64,000 nucleotides of DNA from Strigamia acuminata (GCA_949358305.1 OX442314.1:24242001-24306000); one strand, 5' to 3'. Shown: positions 1 to 11,602, counted from the first letter of the stretch. The notes: generated by a model not told the origin, from the letters alone. Translations and numbers: made by a program.

Positions 1-293
1 TTACTGCCAAATTTATTTTTCCATAAAAATTATAAATGTGTTAACTTTAAACGAATTCTAATGACAAAATACATTTATAAAAAAATTGATATGATTCCAG
101 ATAAAGCGTAAAAAAAAATATTACAAAAAAACTGATTATTCTATACTTATGGCGCGCACCTTATATTCTGATAACTGCAAAAACAAAGTTCATCAAAACA
201 GACAAATGGCAAGCATTTAGTTTGGAGCATAGTGGTATTGGATGGCATCATCTGGCTCAAAATGATGGAGGACAAGCAAAAAGATTTATGGAC

Positions 294-525
294 TATACTC
301 TTTCCGCACTCAAGAAGAGCCCTGGAAGCTGGGCTCCCATTGGCCTTGTCTGATTACTCAGAACTGTATATAGTTATAGTTGAAGTTCTACTACAAGGAA
401 AAGTAGTTCCCTATAATGCATTTCTGGTGTTTTGGGTCTTTTTTTATGTATCACTACACAAGTGATACGGCTTGGCCAATGGGAGCCCAGCTTCCAGGGC
501 TCTTCTTGAGTGCGGAAAGAGTATA
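294..525. mobile_element. MITE with perfect 52-bp terminal inverted repeats (TA-flanked, Tc1/mariner-like)
   Basis: 294-345 (TATACTCTTTCCGCACTCAAGAAGAGCCCTGGAAGCTGGGCTCCCATTGGCC) is the exact reverse complement of 474-525; TA at both ends; 128-bp non-coding interior. Confidence 0.85.
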
Positions 526-1230
526 CATTTAATTCTTCAATAACTTTGTGAACTATGATGAGTCATAATTCAGAATATAGCAGATCTTCAACTTATGAAC
601 ATCAGAGATACAAACTTTCAGAGATGCCAACTACAAATTTGTGGCAACTCATAAGTTAGTTAACGTGTCTGGCACTATGCTGAGAACAAAACTCACGCTC
701 TTATTGTTGTCTAAATGTTGTTTAAAATGAACCTGTATCAATGTATAATTTAAAAAAAATTAAAAAATAAGATTAAAAATGTTTTCTTTAATTAAGGTGA
801 ACAATTTTTCCACCTTATGTTGTACACCTTTGCTGAACTTAAGAACAATTCAACTTAAAAACAAGGTCTCAGAACCGTACTCATTCGTAAGTTGAGTACC
901 TGCTGTACATCAAAGTCTGCACACAGTTATGCATTATCAAGATTTCTTTTAAATCTCTTCTACCTTCATTTCACTTCATTTTCGTACATTTTTGCCGTCG
1001 ATTAATCGCTAAGGCTGATCTTCAAAGGCGGTTCTTATATCAAATCGCCTTTCTCAGCCACGAGTCTTAATCGAGGGCAGCTACAATTTGAAGGCAACTC
1101 TTATTCGGAGAAATACAATACGTTTAATTTTTATTTATCAAAATGTTAGAAAAGATTTATAAATACCAAATCCCAACTCTTCCTTTAGTTTCGTCGTTAC
1201 TGCATGTAGTGTCTGCCTAAGGTGTTTTAC

Positions 1231-1441
1231 CTTTTATTGAATTTTATGTTGTTGTTTTTGAGGATGTCACAAAGTTCACCTCCACACCACTCTAGGGATT
1301 TGTCATCGTTGTTGTCACAATGGGTTGCGTGTAACCTATTTAAAAATTTGTGAGCACTCACATAATTTACATAGTACATGTGCTTTTCAAATTCTATCAC
1401 AGCTTTGACAAAAAAATCATTCATACTATTATCCCACCATT
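1231..1441 (-). CDS. Candidate internal coding exon of an unidentified gene or decayed transposon gene
   Basis: Acceptor ...tttcctcaccAG, stop-free frame (E)WWDNSMNDFFVKAVIEFEKHMYYVNYVSAHKFLNRLHATHC...LCDILKNNNIKFNK, donor AG|GTAAAA. Protein family not recognised. Confidence 0.3.
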
Positions 1442-2203
1442 CTGGTGAGGAAACAAAGTATTATGAACACATAAGTATTCAAATATTATGATGCAGCATT
1501 TCCCAAACTGTGAGGCGCAAGCGGTTTTTGGTGGGGCGCATCGGCACAATTGTCGAACTCCTTGCGCCTTAAAATAACACAAATTGAACTGGACTTTACT
1601 GCCATCATCAAAAGTAACTATGAACAAGCGCACCCATCACACACGCCTATATAGGACAGCATACAAATGCGTAGAAAATTATGGCACCATCTGTATGTCA
1701 TAGTAGACACGAAACTAGAGATCCCTCTTAAGTGTGAAGATTTCAGACAACATAACCCTCAGAGGCCTAAGGCTGAACTTTATCTTAGGTGAAATTTGAA
1801 GTCATTGGATATTCATTTAATTAATCATGCTAAATGACAATTTTCTGCTCCTTAAAACTCCAGCAAAACTATTAAGCTGGCTTCGCTGCCTTAGTAAAGT
1901 GCTTCAGTTAACAGCTTTTGGCTTTACCCAGTAGTGTTTAAACCCACCACTAGTTTGTGAAAAATTCTATAACATCATTGTTTACAACTAGTTCCTGCTA
2001 TAAAATTACTAGCAAACTTAAAAAAAAACTAAACAGCGCTTTAACTAATTGACCTGAAAACTTTCCCTAAATGCATAATGCCTTATATCAAAACGGATAC
2101 ATTTTACCCTTATGCTTCGGAGGGTTAAAAGTGGGATAAACCCAAATTATTCAATTTTTGAGTCTTTTGCTTCACAGTCAAATTTCTACCCAATCGCGCT
2201 CAT

Positions 2204-2566
2204 TGTGAAATTTCAACTGCAAGTGCAATTTATATTTGTTGTTAGTTTGATTTATTTGCGATATTTGATTTGTTTGATGTATTGTTTTCTTTACTTAGTT
2301 CTTTTGGTCACCACTGAGTGACTCTTCTTTTTGCATCCCCGAACGTTGACCCCTGAACTCGAATACCCCAACCCCTTTTTTCTTAGAAACCAATTACCTT
2401 TTGTAAAAACCCAGTTTCTTTACTGTGCAAATAAAGTTTAACCTGTTAACACACGTTTGCTTTTTGCTCCGCGACAACATGAACTAAACTTGACAAAATC
2501 CGACCCCGACTCCGAAATTCGAACTCGTACATCACGTGAGTGTTCTTTCCTTGCTGGAAATTTACA
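2204..2566 (+). repeat. 5' LTR
   Basis: TGTGAAATTTC...GGAAATTTACA; matches 7709-8071 with no difference seen; AATAAA near 2429. Confidence 0.97.
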
Positions 2567-2568
2567 TT

Positions 2569-2586
2569 TGGTGCCGAAACCCGGGA
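2569..2586 (+). promoter_or_regulatory. Primer-binding site complementary to tRNA-Phe 3' end
   Basis: TGGTGCCGAAACCCGGGA, 2 nt after the 5' LTR; reverse complement of the 3' 18 nt of metazoan cytosolic tRNA-Phe (...UCCCGGGUUUCGGCACCA). Confidence 0.9.
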
Positions 2587-2786
2587 GATCCGTCCCGGCG
2601 CGACCTTCGACACGTGGTGCCCACGAGAAAACGACGACTCGACCCGACGATACGCAACCCCGACGATACAACGACGACTACACGACCCGACGATACACGA
2701 CCGACGATAAAAACGACCGAAAACCGATTAACGCTTCATCAAACCGTAATTACGCATAAACCCTTTAATTACCGAAAATCGACCCG

Positions 2787-5700
2787 ATGAAATTTGATGG
2801 GAAAGCGACAGACTGGAACGAGTTTTGGGGACATTTTTCGGCCAGTGTGGACAAAAACACAAATTTGGACGACTCCACCAAGCTCGTCTATTTGAAAGGA
2901 ATGCTGACCGGAGAAGCGGGAAATGTGGTGAAACGACTTGCCGTAACGGACTTAAATTATGTGAGTGCAAAAACATTGCTTACCGAACGATTTGGGAACG
3001 TGTACGCCATCCGTGAAGCGCACTTGGCCGCCCTGCGTTGCGCCACCCCGATAAAATACCTCAACGACGTCGCCGGCCTGAAACGCATATACGACGACAG
3101 CGAGAGCCACGTACGAGGGCTGAGAGGAGCCGAGATGTCCGAGGTGTCACTCAACGAGTCCGTAAGCCCGATGATTCTTGCGACGATGCCTCGCCAGTGG
3201 GTAACCCGTTACACGGGCGAGCGCAAAGGAGTGCACGTGTTTCCAATTACCGAACTGTTAGACTCAATTCGTGAAGAGATTTTCACACAGGAAAAGCCCG
3301 ACCTGTTCGCTTCTTACCTCGTATCGACGCAACCAGCACGTAGAGCGCCTGAGGAAAAGACAAATAAATTTAATTTCGACTCGAAAAAGACGACGAACGA
3401 GAAGCGACAGTTTACACCGAAATCAACAACCTCCGCACTCACCGCACGAATCGACAGCTGCCTTTTCTGCAGCAAAAATGATCACAAGAAGGAAGCATGC
3501 CCGCTCTCAATTGCCGACCGAAAATCAGCGTGCAAAAGTCATGGCCGTTGCTTTAGATGTCTTGAGACGAGACATGTTGCTCGTGAATGTCCTGCTCGAT
3601 CCACTTGCGATAAGTGCCACAGAAGACACCACACTTTGGTTTGTGACACCGATTTGGCGACCATCGAGCTATCAAAAAATACTCCGCCTCCGACTTTAAA
3701 CCCGACTCCGATTACGACACTGACTCCAGCAAATATGGTTGAAACCGTACATCTGCAGAATGCGGTAATGCCTGTGTTCACCGTGAAAGTCGCTCATCGT
3801 GGACGTGAACGCATTATAAACTGTTTGTTAGACACTGGAAGTCCCTCATCATACATTGTGACTTCACTGGCGCTCGAGCTTGAACTTGAATCGAGAGGAC
3901 AATCCGTCGTGCAAATTACTAAATTCGACGACGAGCCCAAAATATCAGTCCGTCACAAATACAACGTGACCATTTTGAATTGTGACGATGCATCTAAAAA
4001 ATGCGAACTCCACGCTTTGGAGACTGAAAAGATTACCCATCCTGTATCTCTAGAGTTGACGGCGAGCTTACGAGCCAGCCTGAAACAAAGGGGAATTGAA
4101 TTCAATGAACCGAGTATTAATGTGGAAATTCTTCTCCTTTTAGGTGCTGACTTTTATGGCGAAATTCTGACCGGACAATCGATGAAATTAGAGAAAAGAC
4201 TTTGCGCACTCGAAACGATTTTTGGATGGATCCCGCTTGGTTCTTCGCCCAACATAACCTCCGTAGCCACAGCATTTGCTCCAGCTCTTCAAGTATCCAC
4301 TAGTGAGCACCAGAACATTTCTACCGATGACTACTTACGAAATTTTTGGGAATTGGAATCAATCGGCATCAGACACGAGACATTAAACGACGACGGCGAC
4401 GAAAACGACACCCGACTCCAAGCCTTTCGTGACACCACCACAACACGTGAGGGACGATATGAAGTGGCCCTTCCGTGGGTAATCGACAAACAACAATTGG
4501 CGAACAATTATCGAATCGCCGAACGCCGTTTCTGGAACCTGATCCGTCGACTACAGCGAAACCCCGGCCTACGAATTGCGTACCAAAAAATATTCGATGA
4601 CCAGCTACGAGAAGGCGTCATTGAAGAGTGTTCAAACCCCGACAATCCGAATTGTTATTACATGCCACACCGACCTGTCGTGAAGGAAAATCAAACCACC
4701 ACTAAAGTCCGAATTGTGTTCGACGCCTCTTCCAATGCGAAAAAAGAACTCTCCCTCAATGATTGCCTCGACAAGGGACCGAATTTGTTGCCTGAGATTG
4801 TAAGAATGTTGATTTTCTTCCGTTGGAACTTTTTCGCTCTACTTTCGGACATCGAGAAGGCTTTTCTTCAAATATTGCTTGCGCAACCCGATTGCGATTA
4901 CGTGCGATTTCTGTGGGTTCAACCAGATTGGAATGGCACGGACCCGGTAATAATTCGAAAAATGAGACAATTACGTGTAGTGTTTGGAGCCACCTCCAGC
5001 CCTTATCTACTCAACGGGACGATCATCATTCACCTCGACCGATCCAGCGATGAATTTCCAATTACTGCACCGAGATTGAAAGAACGTTTTTACGTCGACG
5101 ATTTGATCGACAGCCTGAAAACGTTAGCCGAAGCGCTGAAAATATTCACCGAATCACGCGTCATCATGTCTCGCGCGCACCTGATGTTGCATAAATGGCA
5201 AAGCAATTCGCCCGAGCTTCGTGAACTTTTCCGTAAAGAATACCCCGCTGATGCGACAACAGAACCCGAAAAGGAAGAAACGTCAGTTTTGGGTTTGCAT
5301 TGGAACTTTGTTGAAGACATTTTGAGAGTTGAGATTGGTGATTGGGCCGACATTCCTCCCACTTCGAAAACTACGAAACGAGAAGTAACACAGACAATTG
5401 CTAGGATTTTTGATCCGTTAGGATTTCTTGCCCCGTTCACCATCACTGGGAAGTTTTTTCTGCAAGAACTCTGGAAGTTAGGAATCGATTGGGATGTCAT
5501 ACTCCCCGACAACTTGATAAACGACTGGAGGAAATGGCAGACACAAATTTCGAGTTTGAGACATTTTTCGATCCCTCGTCACTTAGGCGACACCGATGAG
5601 ACCCCAATTCGACGCGATTTTCATTTTTTCTGCGACGCCTCAAAAAAGGCATACGGCGTCGTGGTATATTTGCGAACTGTTTACCAAGATCGAGTGGTGA

Positions 5701-7664
5701 CCCGTCTGTGCCTAGTGAAAACCAGAGTAGCCCCCATAAAGACATTAACTCTACCCAAACTAGAACTCATGGGGGCGTTACTGTTGTCGAGAATTGCGAA
5801 GAAACTGAACTTTTTGACGACTGACTCTGCCACTTATTGGACCGATTCCAGTATAACTTACTTCTGGATTCGCAACCATCAACGCAAGTCACACCCCTTC
5901 GTAACCAATCGAGTACGCGAAATAATCGAAAACACGAATACGGACGACTGGCGCCATGTGCCAGGCAAGGACAATCCCGCGGACAGACTTACCAGAGGGG
6001 TTCCTGCCAAAACATTAATAGAAGATGAAGAGTGGATAAATGGACCATCTTGGCTCACCAAAGAACCGGAAGAATGGCCAAATAATATTTCTGCTGAAGA
6101 AATATCCGAATTCGACGACCTCGAAGAAATTACGAGCTCAACCTCGATAAATTTAATCCCGATATTTCTAATCGAGACGCTCCTCGAACCAGATCGATTT
6201 AGCTCGTGGACTAAGGCGATACGGGTTACCGCCTATTTGATGCGCTTCCTCCACAACTGTCGCTCGAAGACAGAAGACCAAGAAAAATACAAAGGAAATT
6301 TAAACGCGCAAGAAATGAGAAACGCCGAAAAACGATTGATTTTGAACATGCAGAGTTGCCGCTTTGTCGCTGAAAAGATTTGTCTTAAAGAAAATCGACG
6401 TGTACCCCCCGACTCGATGTTGAAGAAAGTCAACGTCATCTGCGACACTGATGGAATTCTACGCATTAACAGCCGTATCCGAACAGCCAAAAACGAAGAA
6501 GATTTCAATTTCCCAATCGTTATTGATCCCAACTCAAACTTTTCGAAGCTGATCATCCACGGTTGCCATTTGCGGACGCTCCACGGTGGTCTGGGCGACA
6601 CACTTTCCGAATTTCGATCGCGATTTTGGATGCCCAAAGCCCGAAGAGAAATAAAATCGATTTTGCGTCATTGCGTCACATGTCGTAAAGTCCTGCAGCC
6701 AACCATGACTCAAATGGAAGCTCCACTTCCAAACGATCGTGTCGAACCGAGTGACCCCTTCGAGGTAACAGGAGTGGATTTCGCGGGACCATTGATTTTA
6801 AAGGACGGCAGCAAGAGTTACGTCGCACTTTTTACATGTGCCGTTACGAGAGGAGTACATCTCGAACTGGTATCAAATTTGACCAGCGAGACATTCATTG
6901 ACGCCTTTACGAGGTTCACCGGACGTCGAGGACTTCCCCGAATAATTATGTCCGACAACGCGAAAACTTTCAAGCGCGCCGAAAAAGATTTGAAACTACT
7001 CTACGACTCAATAATACAAACTCCGTTTCAAAATCATCTCACCACCAACAATATCGATTGGCGATACATTGTCGAGCTCGCCCCTTGGTGGGGGGGGTTT
7101 TGGGAGCGGTTAGTAAAAACCGTGAAGCTGAGTTTAAAGAAAATTTTGGGAAAGTCCAGCCTTAATTTCGAACAATTACTTTCAACTCTAGTAAGAATTG
7201 AAGCCAACATAAACTCGCGTCCCCTCACTTACGTTTCGGACGACCCATCAGAAAAACCACCGCTGACGCCTGCGCATTTTTTATTGACGAGAAGAATGAT
7301 TGCTCTGCCGGACCATCGTCAACAGCGACTCGAACTCGAAAACACTTCTAGAAAAGAGCTTGTGGGACGATGGAAACACCGTCAACATTTGGTCCAACTC
7401 TTTTGGCGTCGGTGGAAACATGAATATCTCGTAGAACTTCGTGAATTTCGCAAGACAAAAAAGCCTTCGAGAGAATTGATGGAGGGCGACATGGTACTCG
7501 TCGAGGAACTCTGCACTCCTCGCATGCAGTGGAAGATGGCACGAGTAAGAAAAGTGTTTGTTGGTCGTGATGGAAAAATCCATTCTGCCGAAGTAGTGAC
7601 GACCAACCAAAAGATAATTCGAAGACCAATTCAGCGATTGTGCCTCCTCGAGTTAGACGAGTGA
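2787..7664 (+). CDS. BEL/Pao gag-pol polyprotein (1625 aa)
   Basis: DUF1759-like start (KFDG..DW..FW), three Cys/His knuckles (CLFC..H..C, CFRC..H..C, CDKC..HH..C), protease LLDTGS, RT FYVDDL, RNase H FCDAS/WTDS/NPAD, integrase H..H..CVTC, GVDFAGP, SDNAKTF, WWGGFWERLV. Confidence 0.97.
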   Translation: MKFDGKATDWNEFWGHFSASVDKNTNLDDSTKLVYLKGMLTGEAGNVVKRLAVTDLNYVSAKTLLTERFGNVYAIREAHLAALRCATPIKYLNDVAGLKRIYDDSESHVRGLRGAEMSEVSLNESVSPMILATMPRQWVTRYTGERKGVHVFPITELLDSIREEIFTQEKPDLFASYLVSTQPARRAPEEKTNKFNFDSKKTTNEKRQFTPKSTTSALTARIDSCLFCSKNDHKKEACPLSIADRKSACKSHGRCFRCLETRHVARECPARSTCDKCHRRHHTLVCDTDLATIELSKNTPPPTLNPTPITTLTPANMVETVHLQNAVMPVFTVKVAHRGRERIINCLLDTGSPSSYIVTSLALELELESRGQSVVQITKFDDEPKISVRHKYNVTILNCDDASKKCELHALETEKITHPVSLELTASLRASLKQRGIEFNEPSINVEILLLLGADFYGEILTGQSMKLEKRLCALETIFGWIPLGSSPNITSVATAFAPALQVSTSEHQNISTDDYLRNFWELESIGIRHETLNDDGDENDTRLQAFRDTTTTREGRYEVALPWVIDKQQLANNYRIAERRFWNLIRRLQRNPGLRIAYQKIFDDQLREGVIEECSNPDNPNCYYMPHRPVVKENQTTTKVRIVFDASSNAKKELSLNDCLDKGPNLLPEIVRMLIFFRWNFFALLSDIEKAFLQILLAQPDCDYVRFLWVQPDWNGTDPVIIRKMRQLRVVFGATSSPYLLNGTIIIHLDRSSDEFPITAPRLKERFYVDDLIDSLKTLAEALKIFTESRVIMSRAHLMLHKWQSNSPELRELFRKEYPADATTEPEKEETSVLGLHWNFVEDILRVEIGDWADIPPTSKTTKREVTQTIARIFDPLGFLAPFTITGKFFLQELWKLGIDWDVILPDNLINDWRKWQTQISSLRHFSIPRHLGDTDETPIRRDFHFFCDASKKAYGVVVYLRTVYQDRVVTRLCLVKTRVAPIKTLTLPKLELMGALLLSRIAKKLNFLTTDSATYWTDSSITYFWIRNHQRKSHPFVTNRVREIIENTNTDDWRHVPGKDNPADRLTRGVPAKTLIEDEEWINGPSWLTKEPEEWPNNISAEEISEFDDLEEITSSTSINLIPIFLIETLLEPDRFSSWTKAIRVTAYLMRFLHNCRSKTEDQEKYKGNLNAQEMRNAEKRLILNMQSCRFVAEKICLKENRRVPPDSMLKKVNVICDTDGILRINSRIRTAKNEEDFNFPIVIDPNSNFSKLIIHGCHLRTLHGGLGDTLSEFRSRFWMPKARREIKSILRHCVTCRKVLQPTMTQMEAPLPNDRVEPSDPFEVTGVDFAGPLILKDGSKSYVALFTCAVTRGVHLELVSNLTSETFIDAFTRFTGRRGLPRIIMSDNAKTFKRAEKDLKLLYDSIIQTPFQNHLTTNNIDWRYIVELAPWWGGFWERLVKTVKLSLKKILGKSSLNFEQLLSTLVRIEANINSRPLTYVSDDPSEKPPLTPAHFLLTRRMIALPDHRQQRLELENTSRKELVGRWKHRQHLVQLFWRRWKHEYLVELREFRKTKKPSRELMEGDMVLVEELCTPRMQWKMARVRKVFVGRDGKIHSAEVVTTNQKIIRRPIQRLCLLELDE

Positions 7665-7708
7665 GCAGAAGATAAATTTGAACTGTTTTTCCCCCTTTCG
7701 GGGCGCAG

Positions 7709-8071
7709 TGTGAAATTTCAACTGCAAGTGCAATTTATATTTGTTGTTAGTTTGATTTATTTGCGATATTTGATTTGTTTGATGTATTGTTTTCTTTACT
7801 TAGTTCTTTTGGTCACCACTGAGTGACTCTTCTTTTTGCATCCCCGAACGTTGACCCCTGAACTCGAATACCCCAACCCCTTTTTTCTTAGAAACCAATT
7901 ACCTTTTGTAAAAACCCAGTTTCTTTACTGTGCAAATAAAGTTTAACCTGTTAACACACGTTTGCTTTTTGCTCCGCGACAACATGAACTAAACTTGACA
8001 AAATCCGACCCCGACTCCGAAATTCGAACTCGTACATCACGTGAGTGTTCTTTCCTTGCTGGAAATTTACA
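7709..8071 (+). repeat. 3' LTR
   Basis: Copy of 2204-2566, preceded by a short purine-rich GGGGCGCAG (7700-7708) and followed by the TSD CTCAT. Confidence 0.97.
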
Positions 8072-8163
8072 CTCATCTTCGTATTGTCCACCTGTTGGCT
8101 TCTCTGCGCTGGTCACATTTTCTAAAACTCCGGTTTCCACACATGCAGGCACTCAGTCTACAG

Positions 8164-8372
8164 CAGCACTTCTTAACCGGTGGTGCACACAACCCCTGGG
8201 GGTGCAAGATAGGTTTTCTGTGGTATGAGGCCACTTGAAAGAAATGTTTTTTATATACCTATACTAGTAAGTGGTTAAGTGACACCAGTAAAAATTTAAG
8301 TTAAAAAAATATTTTCTTTTGTTAAGGGGAGCGGTCAAGGGGGTGCTGACTGTCCAAAGGTTAAGAACCAAG
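8164..8372. mobile_element. hAT-like MITE (related copy at 24301-24470)
   Basis: Starts CAGCACTTCTTAACCGGTGGTGCA, ends near GGTTAAGAACC; clearly homologous to CAGCGCTTCTTAACCGGTGGTGCAAGATAGGTTTTCTG at 24301. Confidence 0.6.
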
Positions 8373-8398
8373 GGTCCAGAGGGAGTTTTTAGTGTTAC

Positions 8399-8567
8399 CC
8401 GATATTAGAAAGACTTGGTGTGTCAGAGTATGTCTGTCTTCATTCCACTTCAAAAGTGTGCATGTTCGCCCTTGAGAGCAATCTGTTAGATCAAAAGGCA
8501 CCAAAACAACACGGTCAATTGGGTTTGGGCTGAAGAGTTTGTGTTTGGTCTTTAGTCTACAGGACAT
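8399..8567 (-). CDS. Candidate coding exon, phase-compatible with 1231-1441
   Basis: MSCRLKTKHKLFSPNPIDRVVLVPFDLTDCSQGRTCTLLKWNEDRHTLTHQVFLIS then G|GTAACA donor (phase 1). Family not recognised. Confidence 0.25.
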
Positions 8568-11244
8568 TCACTATACATCTTATATTAAAATTATTTCATT
8601 TTCAGTTGTCAAATCACTAGATGCGTTCAAATTGGTTAAGCAAATACTTTTAAGTTTGCTTAAATGAATAAAAGTGAAATAAGTAAAATAAATAACTTAT
8701 TATTGAATGCTCCTAAATAATATACTATTATTACTAACAGCATCAGCTGACATCATAATTAGTTTAATTGACCACACACAAATTGATTTTGTGGATTTTG
8801 TAAACCAATACAAATGTCTATTTGTGCGTTACTATTCCAGAAGAGAAATAAGACTGCCATTTTGCGAAGCGAGCCAAACAACAGTCGCAACCATGGAGAC
8901 TATAGAATAAGAATAAGATAACCTACCATTCGCGATCAAAAGGGCTAGAAGTAAAAAAAACACTAGCCTTATAATCCAATTCCCCCCTAGACAGCTATTA
9001 GCCAAGAATAGAAGTGAATAATTGGATTCCCCCAATCTACATTTCCCGTGTCCGAAAAAACAGACTCGAGACCCAATTTGATTTAATTATTACGAATAAA
9101 AATCATATTAAAACTGAAAACCATTCGTGATCATTTCATTAATTATTATTTTCCAGATATCAAAGAAACACATAACCACGATTTATTTTAATAAAGTCGT
9201 ATCACGACACACTAGCTGCAATATTATTCAATGGAAATGACGTCACACACAAACACGAAACGAGTTTTGCATACGTTTTAGAGTTTTTGAATGCAGCTAC
9301 TGGATATGATATTGATCCGCAACACATTGGGACAAAATATGACACCAGTCCGCGACAGTAGACAGTTTGCGAGGCACTGTTCTATAACAACATCTGTTGG
9401 TTTAATTTCGACGGTAAATTTGTAAAATTGGCACATCCTTGAAAGAAACGCAACCCACCAAATGTTTTTATTTTTAAAAAAAAAAAACACCATAAAACCC
9501 GTCATAAAATGTAACGCTGATATATTTCTGCATAAATAATTAATTTAAAAACCAATTTTAACCATTTACCTTTGATGAATTTGTGTAGTTTCACCAGTGC
9601 TTCGAAATCATTCCTAAAAATACCAACAAATTTCGATAAATTAATGACAATCTCCATTTTAAACACTTTTGCTTCAATTACTTGTGAAAGTAAAAGTAGC
9701 CTTTGTAGTTTTTAACTTGATTCCTCCATATTTCCCAGACGTTATTATTTCAGGAGAAAATTTAATTGACCAACAAACGATCATCTTGGAACAATGCAAT
9801 TCACGCACAATAAAGCTTCGTCAGAAATGAGTCTGCAAAAAATGAAAATTAATACATTTCAATTCGAATATCAATTTTCGTGAATTATTTGGGTGATCAT
9901 ACGTACCGCTTTTCAGCCAAATTTTCAGCCAACAACGAAAGAAGACTTCGTTTTATAAAATTTCTGCAACAATTCATGACGATGTTTTGAAAACCGCAAG
10001 CACAAACGACGGACTTGAAATACCACGTGTGCCATGTGACAACAACCTCGACCCCAGATCACAAATTATAATTGCAAATGCTGAATCAAATACAGACCAA
10101 ACTATTAATAAATACTATGAAAATGGAAAAATATTTAGTATTTAATTAGTAGAAATTTATCAAATTCAACTCGTAATATTTTTGTATCTTAGTCATGATG
10201 ACATCATGGGATGACTCCATTCATGAGAACTCGAGTGAGAAATAGAACTATAAATACTGCGGGATCACCACAAGCTGCTGAAAAACTCGAGAACAAAAAC
10301 AAAACACAAATTAAAATAGTAAATTTTAATCCAGTTTAAATTTATACAATAAAATTTACAAAAAAATTCAGGAGATCAGTCATTAAAATCGCACATTTTT
10401 GTTAAATCATTGCTATTTGCCAACAATGTATGTATGTCATTTGTAAATCGTTGAGACCACCAGGAATTTCCAGATATTAATTTCAAAAGTAACAAAATCG
10501 GCAAATAGTTAAACTATCAGCCGACAAAAAATGCTATATTTTATTCATTAAAAAAAACAAACAAAATTCAATATATAGCTGTCTTTATATGGGCGTAATA
10601 ACGAGATCTGCTTTAATCATTTAACAATTCATCTAACATTCAATAATTTCAATTACTGTCAACTCTTTCAACACAAATTTTAATCCAAATTCACTGTTAA
10701 TAAAAACATAAAAATTTCAAAATTCATTTTCGATCCAACAACTCAAAAAAAAACATTTTCCTTTTGTAATAATGTACACGTCTTTTTCAATATCATCACT
10801 GAACATTGTGCGGAAGTCGAATGAGCACCTGATAATAAGATCTTGTTAGATCAAACATTTAAGTATATAAGACTAGAAAGTAGCTGCCATTTAGACAACC
10901 ACTCGAAAAGGGATACAACAAGAGTAGCTTCCTGAATAAAAAAAAAAAAAAATCCAATTACAATAATATTAATCAAAAATAATAATACTAATAATAATAA
11001 TAAAATGAGAACAATTAACAAAATATCAAAAGCTACTACTTATAAAATTGAGTATACCAAATCAACGCAATCTGGAATAAAAAAAAAATATTACAAAGAA
11101 GTGGAATATAATATTTTTCAGCTGCCATCTTTCGGGACCCTTAATCATCAAAAAAAAGAAAAAAAATGGCGGAATATAGTTTTCACTGGACTATTTTCGT
11201 GAAATCGAATAATAATAATAATATTTAGAAATCTTAATATTTGA

Positions 11245-11602
11245 TCACTGAAGCATGAGCAGTTTGAGATTGTTGTGTAAAATTGTGTCGCGCACGGCGT
11301 TGAAGACGACCGTGATGTTATCGGTGTCGATGGCCGTTGTGAAATGATGGAAAAGGGCCTTTCGACGGTCGCGCCGCACGCCGTCAAACAGCTCGAGCAA
11401 ATACGTCTGCACGGAAGCTAAATTATGAGAATCTCCTTGGAATTCGGGAAAGTACAGCTGTAAGTTGGTGTCGTTCTTCGCCAATTTTTGCTTGAGCAAG
11501 TCTGTCTTGTTGAGAAATAGTATTATGGACACTTCGGAAAAGCATCGGTGGTTCACTATTGTCTCAAAAATGTTCAATGATTCGAGCAATCGATTCGTGA
11601 CC
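11245..11602 (-). CDS. GNA12/13: G-alpha 12/13 exon 4 (last coding exon)
   Basis: Acceptor tttttAG; (R)[17 protein letters not shown]...LFLNKTDLL...HHFTTAIDT...[12 protein letters not shown]; the TTAxDT and LMLQ end are typical of the G12 class. Confidence 0.95.

Larger units (their letters stand above)
2204..8071 (+). mobile_element. Full-length BEL/Pao LTR retrotransposon
   Basis: Two 363-bp TG...CA LTRs, 5-bp TSD CTCAT (2199-2203 and 8072-8076), PBS, single gag-pol ORF with BEL/Pao domain order gag-PR-RT-RH-IN. Confidence 0.98.

Noticed and set aside
2755..2790. Programmed -1 frameshift at CCCTTTA into gag
   Set aside because: The heptamer is not in the required phase, the upstream frame has no ATG, and a shift there would meet TAA at 2766.
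2825..7629. Short ORFs nested in or antisense to gag-pol
   Set aside because: Shadow frames of the polyprotein with no independent motifs.
7665..7708. env-like third ORF in the retroelement
   Set aside because: Only 44 nt separate the pol stop from the 3' LTR.
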